Assembly (NCBI GenBank): GCA_034530875.2
Contig: JAVRCJ020000011.1
Location: 1 to 64,000 of the forward strand
From: Nostoc sp. DedSLP01
GTDB taxonomy: Bacteria > Cyanobacteriota > Cyanobacteriia > Cyanobacteriales > Nostocaceae
DNA length: 64,000 nucleotides
Direction of reading: 5' to 3'
Notes under the pieces: model-generated
Databases searched by the model: none
Told to the model about the DNA's origin: nothing
What the model saw: the letters and a program-made list of their open reading frames with translations, nothing else
Translations under genes and position numbers: made by a program
Part shown: positions 31,176 through 41,213 of the stretch, one piece after another
Position numbering within the stretch: the stretch's first letter is position 1
How the letters are laid out: every line of letters begins with the position of its first letter

Positions 31176-31395
31176 AGTTTTTTCCTGAGTATCTTCACAA
31201 TATGGCTATGCTTGAAGTTTATCATCACACCAGTGCTGAGTGGGGATGAGGATTGAAGTTTAAAAATCAAATTAGATTGCTATAGTTCTTGATTTCATAA
31301 GTAAGATTTTTGATTCTAAATAACTTTTAAGAGATAAAATTAGCACCAGCATCATTGAAAATTCATAATTACAGCAGGTTTCAAGTTGGTGCACT

Positions 31396-31583
31396 AGACA
31401 AACTCACTCTGGGAGCCAGGGATAGAGTGTCTTTTACTCTCGGAAGTTCCGATGCTGACGGCAGGCTGCGACAACGCTGCAAGCCTGAGCTACAACTTCT
31501 GTGTTGAATTGTGTATTCTGAATCCACCAATTCTGCTGTATGTTTCAAGTCGGGATTGAAACCCCACGGATAACCGGACAGCA
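31396..31583 (+). ncRNA. Candidate structured leader RNA or ncRNA
   Basis: Four consecutive stem systems found by eye, ending 11 nt before ATG 31595. Confidence 0.4.
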
Positions 31584-31594
31584 AACTATAGGGT

Positions 31595-32407
31595 ATGTTT
31601 ATGAAACCAGGTTTAAAGCGTATTGAAGCAACTCTACATGATTTAGGAACTCGCGGCAGTGCATCTGCCGAGGAAGCACGAGATTCAAGCAAACGGCCTT
31701 TCTCCTTTAGAATCAGCGTTACAGCTAACGAACCCACAGGAAGTACACAAAGTGCATCTTCTGGGGATGCTGAAGTCAAGACACAAGAACAAACAGTCGC
31801 TCTTGGCGTCGATACCGAACAAAATTTATTTCGCCACCACGACTCTGTGCAAACCTTTCAAGCAGAAGAAAACGGTAGCAAAACACCTAGTTTACCTAAG
31901 TTAAAAACTCCCAGCATCAGCAGCCATCGCCACGGAGCAAATCCGGGCTTGGCGATGAATCTGCTGCTAGAAATTCAGGAAAATGTCGCTGCTTGGCAAA
32001 CAGAACTACAAAATATTTTGCAGCAAATTCAGGATATTTACTTAGAAGGGCCGATTGTCAATGGCTGGTTAGAATCAAATGCTCGCGAACCAGAGCCAGG
32101 GGGAACTGCAACACTCCGTCATGCAGAAATCGATCGCCTCATGAACTATGTGGAAGAAATTTGTACCAATGGTGGGAAAGTATCCTTTCAATCATCTGCG
32201 ACTAGCTATCGTCTGTGTGGTGTGGATGATTCTGGTAAAGTTTGGTCGCGGCCATGCCCGGCGGATCAGCTTCCTACTGTTAGTATAGCGATCGCTCGTT
32301 ATCAAAAGCTACGTCTACTATTAGGGCGTAAGCAATCATTAGAAACGCGTCTGGCTCAACTTGCTCAAAATCTTGTAGTTTTACATAGCCAGATGCAACA
32401 AATATAA
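31595..32407 (+). CDS. Cyanobacterial hypothetical protein with coiled-coil segments
   Basis: 270 aa; disordered N-half, then SSHRH..NP, IYLEGPIVNGWLES, YRLCG. Confidence 0.75.
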   Translation: MFMKPGLKRIEATLHDLGTRGSASAEEARDSSKRPFSFRISVTANEPTGSTQSASSGDAEVKTQEQTVALGVDTEQNLFRHHDSVQTFQAEENGSKTPSLPKLKTPSISSHRHGANPGLAMNLLLEIQENVAAWQTELQNILQQIQDIYLEGPIVNGWLESNAREPEPGGTATLRHAEIDRLMNYVEEICTNGGKVSFQSSATSYRLCGVDDSGKVWSRPCPADQLPTVSIAIARYQKLRLLLGRKQSLETRLAQLAQNLVVLHSQMQQI

Positions 32408-32540
32408 AGCTTTAGAGATTATTTCCGAAGAAACTCGGTTGGTGGGTAGATAAATTTTGGTTTAGATTAACGAACAGCAAATTTGCTTTAGATTTAAGAT
32501 TTTAATCAAAAATCCAAATCTAAAATCCTAAATTAAATTT

Positions 32541-33470
32541 ATGCCAGATATTCAAATCTCTGCCATTATCTGTACCCACAATCGAGATGCCTATTTAGGG
32601 GCTGCAATTGATAGCCTTTTAGCGCAGGATTTTGCTGCTAATTTTGAAGTTGTAGTAGTTGATAATGGGTCTAGCGATCGCACTCGTGAAGTAGTAGAAC
32701 AAAGGGCTAACGATCCTCGCCTGAAGTATGTCTTTGAACCCACTATCGGTTTATCTGTCGCCCGCAACACGGGTGCAAGAGTGGCTAGTGGCGATATTTT
32801 AGCTTATCTTGATGATGATGCTGTTGCGAGCAAGGGCTGGCTACAAGTTTTATATTTTGCCTATTACAATAACTCTAAACTAGCGATCGCAGGTGGCAAA
32901 GTCACTCTCATCTGGCCTGAAGGAATCCAACAACCACGCTGGCTATCTCCAGGACTAGCTGGAAATCTGGGTGCATACGACTTGGGTGACAATATTATCT
33001 ACATTGAGCAACCTGGCTCAACACCGAGAGGCTTAAATTACTCCATTCGTCGCAGTTTTTTAGAAGAAATTGGAGGTTTCGACCCTCATCTTGGTCGAGT
33101 CGGGAAAAATTTATTATCTAATGAAGAACTACAAATGACCGAATTTGCCTTACAACGAGGTTGGCAAGTCGCTTATATTCCCGAAGCACTAGTCGCTCAT
33201 AATGTTGCGCCAGAACGCCTGCAACGCTCTTGGTTTTTAAACCGAGGCTGGTGGCAAGGTATTAGTGAATGCTATCGAGAGCAACTCGCTGGTAAAGCTG
33301 GTATCGCTCAGTTGCGGCGAGGTGGCGAACGATTTTTGCGTGGCTTGTATAAGGCATTACAATATTTTTCAGATCCAGCAGAACGGTTTGACAAACTTGT
33401 GTATGCTTACGGTCAGATTGGCTACTTAAATGCCGCCATTCAAGGTCTTTTATCCATATCCAAGAAATAA
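32541..33470 (+). CDS. Glycosyltransferase family 2
   Basis: IICTHNR, VVDNGSSD, GLSVARN, YLDDD. Confidence 0.93.
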   Translation: MPDIQISAIICTHNRDAYLGAAIDSLLAQDFAANFEVVVVDNGSSDRTREVVEQRANDPRLKYVFEPTIGLSVARNTGARVASGDILAYLDDDAVASKGWLQVLYFAYYNNSKLAIAGGKVTLIWPEGIQQPRWLSPGLAGNLGAYDLGDNIIYIEQPGSTPRGLNYSIRRSFLEEIGGFDPHLGRVGKNLLSNEELQMTEFALQRGWQVAYIPEALVAHNVAPERLQRSWFLNRGWWQGISECYREQLAGKAGIAQLRRGGERFLRGLYKALQYFSDPAERFDKLVYAYGQIGYLNAAIQGLLSISKK

Positions 33471-33716
33471 ATAGGAGTCAGAATTGAGAAGTCAGAATTC
33501 AGAATTCAGAATACTTTGGACGTTCGACATTCAAGCATCACCTGATTGTGGACTTCAAAATTTACAATTTCAATAAAGTTTTCAACTTTTATATTTGTTT
33601 GCCATTAGTGACTCCAATCAATTCTGAATTCTAATTTTTCAATTTTTACTCCTTAATTCTGAATTCTTACTCCTGACTCCTGAATTCTTTTTCCAATAAC
33701 ATAAACTATACTCATT

Positions 33717-34661
33717 ATGTCATCTAAAATACCAGTTTCTGTTTTAATTCCAGCGAAAAACGAACAAGCTAACTTACCGGCTTGTCTCACTAGCCTCAGC
33801 AAAGCAGATGAAATATTTGTAGTCGATTCTCAAAGTAGCGATAAGAGTATTGAAATCGCTGAAAGTTATGGTGCAAATGTCGTTCAATTTAAATTCAATG
33901 GACATTGGCCGAAAAAGAAAAATTGGTCTTTAGAGAATCTACCTTTTCGTAACGAATGGGTACTAATTGTAGATTGCGATGAACGCATCACCCCGGAACT
34001 TTGGGAAGAAATTGATCAAGCAATTCAGGACGATGAGTATACAGGTTATTATCTCAATCGCCGGGTATTTTTCTTAGGAAAATGGATTCGCTACGGTGGT
34101 AAATATCCTGATTGGAATCTGCGTTTATTTAAGCACAAAAAAGGGCGGTACGAAAATCTACATACCGAAGATATTCCCAACACTGGTGACAACGAAGTTC
34201 ACGAACATGTGATTTTGGATGGGAAAGTTGGCTATCTGAAAAATGATATGCTCCACGAAGACTTCCGCGACCTTTACCACTGGTTAGAACGTCATAACCG
34301 CTATTCAAATTGGGAAGCCCGCGTTTATTATAATATTCTGACAGGTCAAGATGATAGCGGTACTATCGGTGCAAATTTATTTGGTGATGCAGTACAACGC
34401 AAAAGATTTTTGAAAAAAGTATGGGTACGTTTGCCATTTAAACCACTCTTACGGTTTATTTTATTTTATATAATCCAACGCGGTTTTTTGGATGGCAAAG
34501 CGGGATATATATATGGACGTTTGCTGAGTCAATATGAATATCAAATTGGCGTTAAACTTTACGAATTGCGAAACTGTGGCGGTCATCTAAATACTGCTAG
34601 TGCGCCAAAGCAGGGAGATGGGGCGATTAGGGAAATGAGACAGATGAGTGAGATAGGGTGA
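33717..34661 (+). CDS. Glycosyltransferase family 2
   Basis: LIPAKNE, VVDSQSSD, VDCDE, VHEH. Confidence 0.93.
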   Translation: MSSKIPVSVLIPAKNEQANLPACLTSLSKADEIFVVDSQSSDKSIEIAESYGANVVQFKFNGHWPKKKNWSLENLPFRNEWVLIVDCDERITPELWEEIDQAIQDDEYTGYYLNRRVFFLGKWIRYGGKYPDWNLRLFKHKKGRYENLHTEDIPNTGDNEVHEHVILDGKVGYLKNDMLHEDFRDLYHWLERHNRYSNWEARVYYNILTGQDDSGTIGANLFGDAVQRKRFLKKVWVRLPFKPLLRFILFYIIQRGFLDGKAGYIYGRLLSQYEYQIGVKLYELRNCGGHLNTASAPKQGDGAIREMRQMSEIG

Positions 34662-34664
34662 TGA

Positions 34665-34820
34665 GGGGGACGCGGGGACGCAAAGAAAGAGGCGGGGAGG
34701 CAGGGGAAAAGGTTAAAGGGAAAAGGAATAAATTTAATCTTTCCCCCTTACCCCTTTCCCTTTCCCCATTCCTATGCCCAATGCCCAATGACTAATGACT
34801 AATAACTAATGACTAATGAC
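34665..34820. repeat. Inverted copy of the 12711-12850 composite repeat
   Basis: See 12711; its TAATGAC units supply the start of the downstream gene (MTND). Confidence 0.9.
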
Positions 34821-35390
34821 AAACCTTTCGTAGATTTGAGTAAATACGACCAATCTTGGTTCGATCGCGGGCGTCCGGGTTGGTATATTTTATTATGGTG
34901 GTTTGTACAAGCGATCGCCTTTCCTTTGACACCTCAACCGTTAAATATTCTACGTTGCACCATACTACGATTATTTGGCGCTCGTGTCGGCAAAGGCGTA
35001 TTTATTCGACCCACTGCCCGCTTTACTTACCCTTGGAAAGTTACCATTGGCGACTACAGTTGGATTGGAGATAACGTAGTTTTATACAGCCTCGATCGCA
35101 TTAACATCGGGGAACATTGCGTAATTTCCCAGAAAAGTTACCTTTGTACTGGCAGTCATGATATCCAAGACCCTACCTTTGGCTTGAAAACAGCAACTAT
35201 TAATATTGAGAATGGTGTATGGGTGGCGGCAGATTGTTTCGTTGGCCCGGGAGTACAAATTGGAGCTAATGCTGTGATTGGCGCTCGTAGTAGTGTTTTT
35301 ACTAGTATGCCCTCCGGACAAATTTGTTGGGGAAGTCCCTGTCGCCCGCATAAAGCTCGGCTAAAACTCGAGTCCGCTATAACTTCGTAA
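34809..35390 (+). CDS. hpsU: WcaF-like hexapeptide acetyltransferase (probable hormogonium polysaccharide HpsU)
   Basis: LRLFGA, TYPWKVTIGD, LCTGSHD, hexapeptide repeats; follows two GT2 genes. Confidence 0.75.
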   Translation: MTNDKPFVDLSKYDQSWFDRGRPGWYILLWWFVQAIAFPLTPQPLNILRCTILRLFGARVGKGVFIRPTARFTYPWKVTIGDYSWIGDNVVLYSLDRINIGEHCVISQKSYLCTGSHDIQDPTFGLKTATINIENGVWVAADCFVGPGVQIGANAVIGARSSVFTSMPSGQICWGSPCRPHKARLKLESAITS

Positions 35391-35406
35391 TTTTATCGCT
35401 AGAGAT

Positions 35407-35440
35407 TGTAGGGTAGCACAGCTAGCTGTGCTACCCTACA
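35407..35440. terminator. Palindrome downstream of the GT operon (REP or terminator)
   Basis: TGTAGGGTAGCACAGCTAGCTGTGCTACCCTACA followed by TTTTT. Confidence 0.6.
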
Positions 35441-35550
35441 TTTTTCATATCTATAATTCTAGTCCTCAGTCCAGCCCTAAATAGAAACCCTGTTGATTCA
35501 TTGCTCTGAACAATCAATATTTTCATCACATATCTGACTACGGCTCTAAT

Positions 35551-35671
35551 ATAGGACTCATATTTGATTTGGTGAAAAAAAATCCGTACACCCAAAAATC
35601 ACTCTTTTCTACTCCCCACTCCTTACTCCCTGCCTACACAGATAATTTCAAAAATCAAACCGGATTCTTAT
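35551..35671. mobile_element. MITE
   Basis: TIRs ATAGGACTCATATTTGATTT vs (rc) ATAAGAATCCGGTTTGATTT. Confidence 0.6.
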
Positions 35672-35962
35672 ACTATATTTTTATTCTTTTATAGTTTTTA
35701 ATTAAATTTAGATGTAGAGACGTTGCATTGCAACGTCTCTATCAGGGTTTTAATATTATGCATAATTGTTTTCATACATCAAATCAACAATGCCAGATTT
35801 TAAATTCGTAGAGTACACCAACTAGGCTTTAAAACTAGGCAGGTTATGGAGATAGTTTACTTTTAATTAAATATTTTTACTTTCAAGTACATAATTCGTG
35901 CATATCTTAAAAATTTGGCAGAAGATGTGATATCCCAAATCAACTAGCCAGGAGATAGTGCC

Positions 35963-36388
35963 GTGATTATTGAAACAACTACTAAATTATCTAGCGATCG
36001 CCAATTACTTCCAGGACATGGAGAATTAATTTTAGTTGCTGATGATGATGATTCAATTCGAGAAACTACTAAATTTTGCTTGGAAGAAAATGGCTACAAG
36101 GTATTAGAGGCTAATGATGGTATGGATGCGATCGCATTATATACAAAACATCAACCAGAAATTAGTGCCCTGTTAATTGATATGATGATGCCATCCATAG
36201 ATGGGCCGACAACTATCAATATTTTGCAAAAAATTAATCCAGACATCAAAATTATTGGCGTTAGTGGGCTACCCTCAAATCATCAAATGATTAAAATCCT
36301 TGGTAACAGCATCAAAACCTTTTTGTCTAAGCCCTACACTTCATCCGATTTGTTAGCAAATTTACAGATAGTTCTTAATACAAAGTAG
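35963..36388 (+). CDS. Stand-alone response regulator receiver
   Basis: ILVADDDD, LIDMMMPSIDG, SG, KP; AGGAG RBS before GTG. Confidence 0.88.
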   Translation: MIIETTTKLSSDRQLLPGHGELILVADDDDSIRETTKFCLEENGYKVLEANDGMDAIALYTKHQPEISALLIDMMMPSIDGPTTINILQKINPDIKIIGVSGLPSNHQMIKILGNSIKTFLSKPYTSSDLLANLQIVLNTK

Positions 36389-36528
36389 GTTTGTTATTGG
36401 TCATTAGTTTTTCTCACGTCCCCGCATCTTCCCCAGTCACCAGTCACCGATCCCCAATCCCTAAACCCCAATCCCCACGCCCAATGAGTGATAATATATT
36501 TTCATGGCTGCTCTAATCCCTGCTATTG

Positions 36529-37017
36529 ATGAACAAAATATTGGATGAAACGTTGTCAATTGAAATTGCTCAACGCATAAAAAGCAGAGCTAGTACCCCG
36601 TTTGATAATGCTTACAAAGCAGCATTGTCCACCGAAGGAGCAAGGTATGTTCAGGGATTTTTAACTTTTCCTGGAAAGCCATACAGACCAATCGAACACA
36701 GTTGGATTGAACTAGGCAATACTTCCAGCGATGACTCCCCTATACGCATTGTCGATCCGACATTGCCGCATTTGAAAAAAAATCCTCAAGAACTCTGGTA
36801 TTTTGCTGCACAAAAACTAGCAGTAAAAAAACTGAAAGCCATCATTGAAGAATCAAAAGAAGATTATCCAGAAGACGATCCGTTACCTATCTATGGTGAC
36901 CCACCTTATGAATATTACGGTGATGTAATGTTGGGCGGTCAAGACTATTTGACAGCATTTCAAGCAGCAGAAGCCAAGTGTAAAGAAATCAATCAACTTA
37001 ACCCTGATAGAAATTAA
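36529..37017 (+). CDS. Hypothetical protein
   Basis: FDNAY..YVQGF..IEHSW..IVDPT; resembles a papain/transglutaminase-like pattern without the Cys. Confidence 0.7.
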   Translation: MNKILDETLSIEIAQRIKSRASTPFDNAYKAALSTEGARYVQGFLTFPGKPYRPIEHSWIELGNTSSDDSPIRIVDPTLPHLKKNPQELWYFAAQKLAVKKLKAIIEESKEDYPEDDPLPIYGDPPYEYYGDVMLGGQDYLTAFQAAEAKCKEINQLNPDRN

Positions 37018-37186
37018 TACAATTTTGAATTTTAGATTTTAGATTTTGGATTGGGAATCTAGTTGAAGGGTTACTTTTACTTGTTTAGTCAGTCGTCAAA
37101 AAAAAGAAATTCAATTCTGATACTAAGTTGCCCTCTAAAGATAATATTCCTACTCCCTATTCCCTACTCGCCACTCCCACCGTATT

Positions 37187-37585
37187 TTAATACGATTTTC
37201 CATCGCTACCAAAATATTCCCGATAGCCGCAAATTTTGTCTTTGCGCACATCAAAGGAAACTGCTACTCTATTTTTGTATGGCTGTCCGAATAAAAGTCC
37301 TTCATCGCGAAATTCAAAGACAACCGTTGTTTCATTGCTAGTAACACGGTCTAGACCAGTCAGCTTTAAACCAGGACTAAAGGATTCAGAAACATACTCG
37401 AAAAATTCTTTAGCTCGGTCTTTTCCCACATTTAAACCGTGGAATTTTCCCATAGGAAACCAAAAGGTAAAATCTTCTGTAAACATATCTAACAATGCTT
37501 CCCATTCCCCTGTTGCCGTACCGTGGATCAGATTCTCAAATGCTTGCCGACCAACTTTTAAAGTATTTTCTGAATCTTGTGTCAT
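37187..37585 (-). CDS. NTF2/SnoaL-like protein
   Basis: MFTEDFTFWFP, GKDRAKEFF, VVFE, FDVRKDKICGYREYF; start MTQD at 37585. Confidence 0.85.
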   Translation of the reverse strand: MTQDSENTLKVGRQAFENLIHGTATGEWEALLDMFTEDFTFWFPMGKFHGLNVGKDRAKEFFEYVSESFSPGLKLTGLDRVTSNETTVVFEFRDEGLLFGQPYKNRVAVSFDVRKDKICGYREYFGSDGKSY

Positions 37586-37623
37586 TCTCACCCTCGACTG
37601 AATATAAAGTAATATCGTATTAC

Positions 37624-38631
37624 TTAAAACCTCACCACTACTTTGCCACAATTGTGACCGCCCAAGAGATATTCTACAGCGTTGGGAATTGATTCTATGC
37701 CTTGAAATTGTGCTGGGTCAACGGCGACTTTGATTTTGTCAGTGTAGAACAAGTTTAAGAGGCGATCGCGTGCTTCTGCTATATATTCTTTGTAATGAGG
37801 CATGAGAAAGGCTCTCACAGAAGCTGCTTTCCAAAATAGCTGGTGATAAAGGCGTGGCTGTGTAATTTCTTCTATATTTTTTGCGTATTCGGAGATAAAA
37901 CCAACGACTATTAAGCGTCCCCGTACTGCTAAGTTTTCAACGCAGGTATCAAAAACTTGTTTGCCTACACAGTCGAAAATTAAATTAATACCATTAGGGT
38001 ATTCTTGCTTGAGGACGCGATCGAGGTTTTCTGTGCGATAGTTGATAATGCGATCGCACCCTAATTCTCTTAGTAAATTTGCCTTCGCCTCAGAACTGCA
38101 AGTACCAATAACATTATTACCAGCTAGCTTTGCCAATTGCACCGCAATATGACCAGTTCCCCCTGCTGCTGCTGTTACTAAAACCACTTCATTACTTTTC
38201 ATTTCTCCTACTTGTTCCAATGCAACCAAAGCTGATACACCTGTAGGTATTAGTGTTAATACCTCTGGCGTTGCTTCACGCACCTTTACTGCTAAGTTTG
38301 CATTGATAACCTGATATTCTCGATAACCCCCACCACGCGCTGTAGTTATGACAGCATCACCTACTTGAAAATCTTTAATATTTTCACCTATGGCAACAAC
38401 TATTCCCACAGCTTCTACACCTAAATCAAAGGGGGGAATTAAGTTAACATAAGGAACTTCTCCACGACAAAGTAATGTGTCAAAGCCACCGTTCACGCCA
38501 GCAAATTTGTTTTGAATTAGAAGTTCATTAGTAGCAGGTGTGGGAAGAGGAATTTCGACAATTTCAACGGCAGATTTAAAATTTGGGTTAAGTTGCTTAG
38601 CTATTAACTTTTTGTAAGTTTTTACGTTCAT
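37624..38631 (-). CDS. NADPH-dependent MDR oxidoreductase (quinone/alkenal reductase type)
   Basis: GVEAVG, VTAAAGGTGHIAVQLAK, GKVVV; lacks catalytic-zinc Cys/His. Confidence 0.88.
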   Translation of the reverse strand: MNVKTYKKLIAKQLNPNFKSAVEIVEIPLPTPATNELLIQNKFAGVNGGFDTLLCRGEVPYVNLIPPFDLGVEAVGIVVAIGENIKDFQVGDAVITTARGGGYREYQVINANLAVKVREATPEVLTLIPTGVSALVALEQVGEMKSNEVVLVTAAAGGTGHIAVQLAKLAGNNVIGTCSSEAKANLLRELGCDRIINYRTENLDRVLKQEYPNGINLIFDCVGKQVFDTCVENLAVRGRLIVVGFISEYAKNIEEITQPRLYHQLFWKAASVRAFLMPHYKEYIAEARDRLLNLFYTDKIKVAVDPAQFQGIESIPNAVEYLLGGHNCGKVVVRF

Positions 38632-38772
38632 TCTAAATCTTAAGTTTACCTAACTCATCAATTATTATTTTTAATGTCAGTTGAGATATGGGGATAATAA
38701 AAGGAAAGAGCAAGAACTTCAGCCCTTACTACAATCCTTCGTTATCAAGCCTTCTAACAGTTAAAATTAAGC

Positions 38773-39594
38773 TTATAAAGCTTTATCCCACTCTAATTGA
38801 TGAGCTAAACCATATTTGATAAAATCTTCTACTTCAGCTTTATCGCTTTTACCAAAAACACCTAAGCTGTAAGGGTTGTCTTGCATACGTCGTGTAACTT
38901 CCTCTTTCTCAAATTGCCTCACTTCTTCTCTAGGGCGATCTGGTTTAAAAAAGTCTATAACCAAAACGGTTCTATCATAATTAGTATAATTATGCGGACA
39001 GTGGGGATAGCTATGATCTAAAACCATAATTTCTCCTTCATGCCAATAAAGTTGTTCGTGGCATATTTTCATAGCTATATCTCCCTCTGGCACAATTAAT
39101 CCTAAATAGCCCCGATTTGTATGAAGGTTATAGTTCACGTGTAGCTTGATATCTAAGCCTGGATGAAATGTCCCAAAATACGCATTTCTGATGATTTCAT
39201 CATGATGAAAGTTAACTTTTTCTATTATCTTAGCCAAATTTGGGAAATATTTTTCTCTTAATGTAAGTGCTTTTTGGGATGCATCATCTGACCCAATATC
39301 GGGATATTGTATTTGATGAACTTGAATATATTTATCAATAAAAAGACCTTGAAATAAAATACCAAAAGCACTGTATTTAGAATTGCCCTTTGTTTTAATT
39401 GTTTTATTTTTAGGGCCGAGAACATCGTAAGTAAGTTTTAATTCTTCAGCAGATGCATTTTTTATAAAATTTGTAAATTCATCTCTAATTACTTGCCAGT
39501 TTTCTTGGAAGCTTTTGAGAAAAGGAAATTGCTCTGGGTCTAGATGATATTCGTTAAAACTTTCCATTGTCTTTTCTCCAGAAAATGATTTCAT
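38773..39594 (-). CDS. Aspartyl/asparaginyl beta-hydroxylase-domain 2OG-Fe(II) oxygenase
   Basis: ENWQVIRDE, PGLDIKLH, LGLIVP, WHEGEIMVLDHSYPH, RTVLVID. Confidence 0.85.
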   Translation of the reverse strand: MKSFSGEKTMESFNEYHLDPEQFPFLKSFQENWQVIRDEFTNFIKNASAEELKLTYDVLGPKNKTIKTKGNSKYSAFGILFQGLFIDKYIQVHQIQYPDIGSDDASQKALTLREKYFPNLAKIIEKVNFHHDEIIRNAYFGTFHPGLDIKLHVNYNLHTNRGYLGLIVPEGDIAMKICHEQLYWHEGEIMVLDHSYPHCPHNYTNYDRTVLVIDFFKPDRPREEVRQFEKEEVTRRMQDNPYSLGVFGKSDKAEVEDFIKYGLAHQLEWDKAL

Positions 39595-39672
39595 AAAAAA
39601 CTATTACATGATGATGGTATTTGCTCTGCGTCCCGGTAGGATGTGTAAATTCCTAACTAAACTCATTTTAGT

Positions 39673-41154
39673 GTGAGGTCTACTGTGTCTGAAACTTCCC
39701 TATTAGATAGAGTTATCAAAAATGTGCGGGTAGTTCGTCCCCATGATGATGCGATAGCACTACTTGATTTAGGAATTAAGGATGGGAAATTTGCTCAGAT
39801 TGCTTCTAATATTAGCCCAGACACAGCTAAAGAGGTATTTGATGGCAAAAATTTACTGGCATTTCCTGGGGTTGTGGATGCCCACATGCACATCGGTATT
39901 TATCAGCCACTCGACAAAGATGCTGTAACAGAAAGTAAAGCCGCAGCAATGGGAGGTGTGACTACTAGTTTAAATTACATCCGCACAGGGCAGTATTATC
40001 TCAATAAAGGTGGTTCTTATCAAGATTTTTTTCCAGAGGTATTGGCATTATCCGCAGGTAATTTTTTTGTCGATTACAGCTACCACGTTGCGCCTATAGC
40101 AAAGCAGCATATTGACGAAATACCTTTATTGTTTGAGGAACACGGTGTATCTTCGTTTAAAATATTCATGTTTTATGGTGGCTATGGATTGCATGGTTTG
40201 TCAGACCGGCAAAACCTTTTTTTGATGATTAATAAAGAGGAAAGATACGATTTTGCCCATTTTGAATTTATTATGCGCGGTCTAACTCGCTTGATGGAAA
40301 AATATCCCCAAGCGCGAGATACTATCAGCTTGAGTTTGCATTGCGAAGTTGCAGAAATTCTTAACGCTTATACCAAAATAGTCGAAAATGATTCTAGCCT
40401 TAGCGGACTGCACGCTTACAGTGCAGCGCGTCCTCCCCATTCCGAAGGTTTAGCAATTTGCATTGCTTCTTATTTAGCGCATGAAACTAACTGTGTAAAT
40501 ATTAATTTGTTACACCTAAGTTCGCGTAAGGCAATGGAAGCAGCTTTGACTATGCAAACTGCTTTTCCTCATATCAATTTTCGCCGCGAAGTTACTGTCG
40601 GACATTTACTATTAGATGTCGATACTCCTAATACAATTTGGGCAAAAGTAAATCCGCCTATCCGTCCTCGTGCCGATGTTGAATACTTATGGCAAGCAGT
40701 ACTTAATAATCAAGTAGATTGGATAGTTAGCGACCATGCTTGTTGTTCTGCTGAACAAAAAAGAAGTGCTAAAGACCCGAATAATATTTGGTTAGCAAAA
40801 TCTGGTTTTGGCGGTACAGAATATCTACTTTCTGGTGTAATTAGTGAAGGTAGCAAGCGGGGAATGTCTTACAACCATATTGCTAAGTTGCTATCTTGGA
40901 ACCCATCGCGGCGTTTTGGTTTGTTAGAAAAAGGTGATATTGCTATTGGCTATGATGCTGATTTGGTATTAGTAGACCCCAACGAAACCTTTGTGGTACG
41001 TGCTGCTGAGTCGGAGTCACAACAAGGCTATACACCATTTGAAGGTGTAGAGTTAACCGGAAGGGTAAAGAGTACTTTTTTACGTGGAAATCTTATTTAT
41101 AATAACGGAGAGGTTTTAGGTTCGCCTACTGGACGTTATTTAAAAAGAAATTAG
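39673..41154 (+). CDS. Cyclic amidohydrolase (allantoinase/dihydropyrimidinase-like)
   Basis: PGVVDAHMH, GGVTT, FKIFM, LHCE, HLSS, KVNPPIR, SDH. Confidence 0.88.
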   Translation: MRSTVSETSLLDRVIKNVRVVRPHDDAIALLDLGIKDGKFAQIASNISPDTAKEVFDGKNLLAFPGVVDAHMHIGIYQPLDKDAVTESKAAAMGGVTTSLNYIRTGQYYLNKGGSYQDFFPEVLALSAGNFFVDYSYHVAPIAKQHIDEIPLLFEEHGVSSFKIFMFYGGYGLHGLSDRQNLFLMINKEERYDFAHFEFIMRGLTRLMEKYPQARDTISLSLHCEVAEILNAYTKIVENDSSLSGLHAYSAARPPHSEGLAICIASYLAHETNCVNINLLHLSSRKAMEAALTMQTAFPHINFRREVTVGHLLLDVDTPNTIWAKVNPPIRPRADVEYLWQAVLNNQVDWIVSDHACCSAEQKRSAKDPNNIWLAKSGFGGTEYLLSGVISEGSKRGMSYNHIAKLLSWNPSRRFGLLEKGDIAIGYDADLVLVDPNETFVVRAAESESQQGYTPFEGVELTGRVKSTFLRGNLIYNNGEVLGSPTGRYLKRN

Positions 41155-41213
41155 AATTATCTCCACAGAAATTTGATTGCTAAAATTAAGTAGTCAGTAG
41201 AATGAATCTCAAA

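Noticed and set aside
31542..31562. GTTTCAA..GGGATTGAAAC resembles CRISPR repeat ends
   Set aside because: Single copy, only 21 nt, no array; treated as one hairpin of the structured leader.
31176..31594. Cobalamin riboswitch upstream of cobU
   Set aside because: No B12-box or GGGAA/GCCACTG-type consensus recognisable by eye on either strand; an Rfam scan would be decisive.
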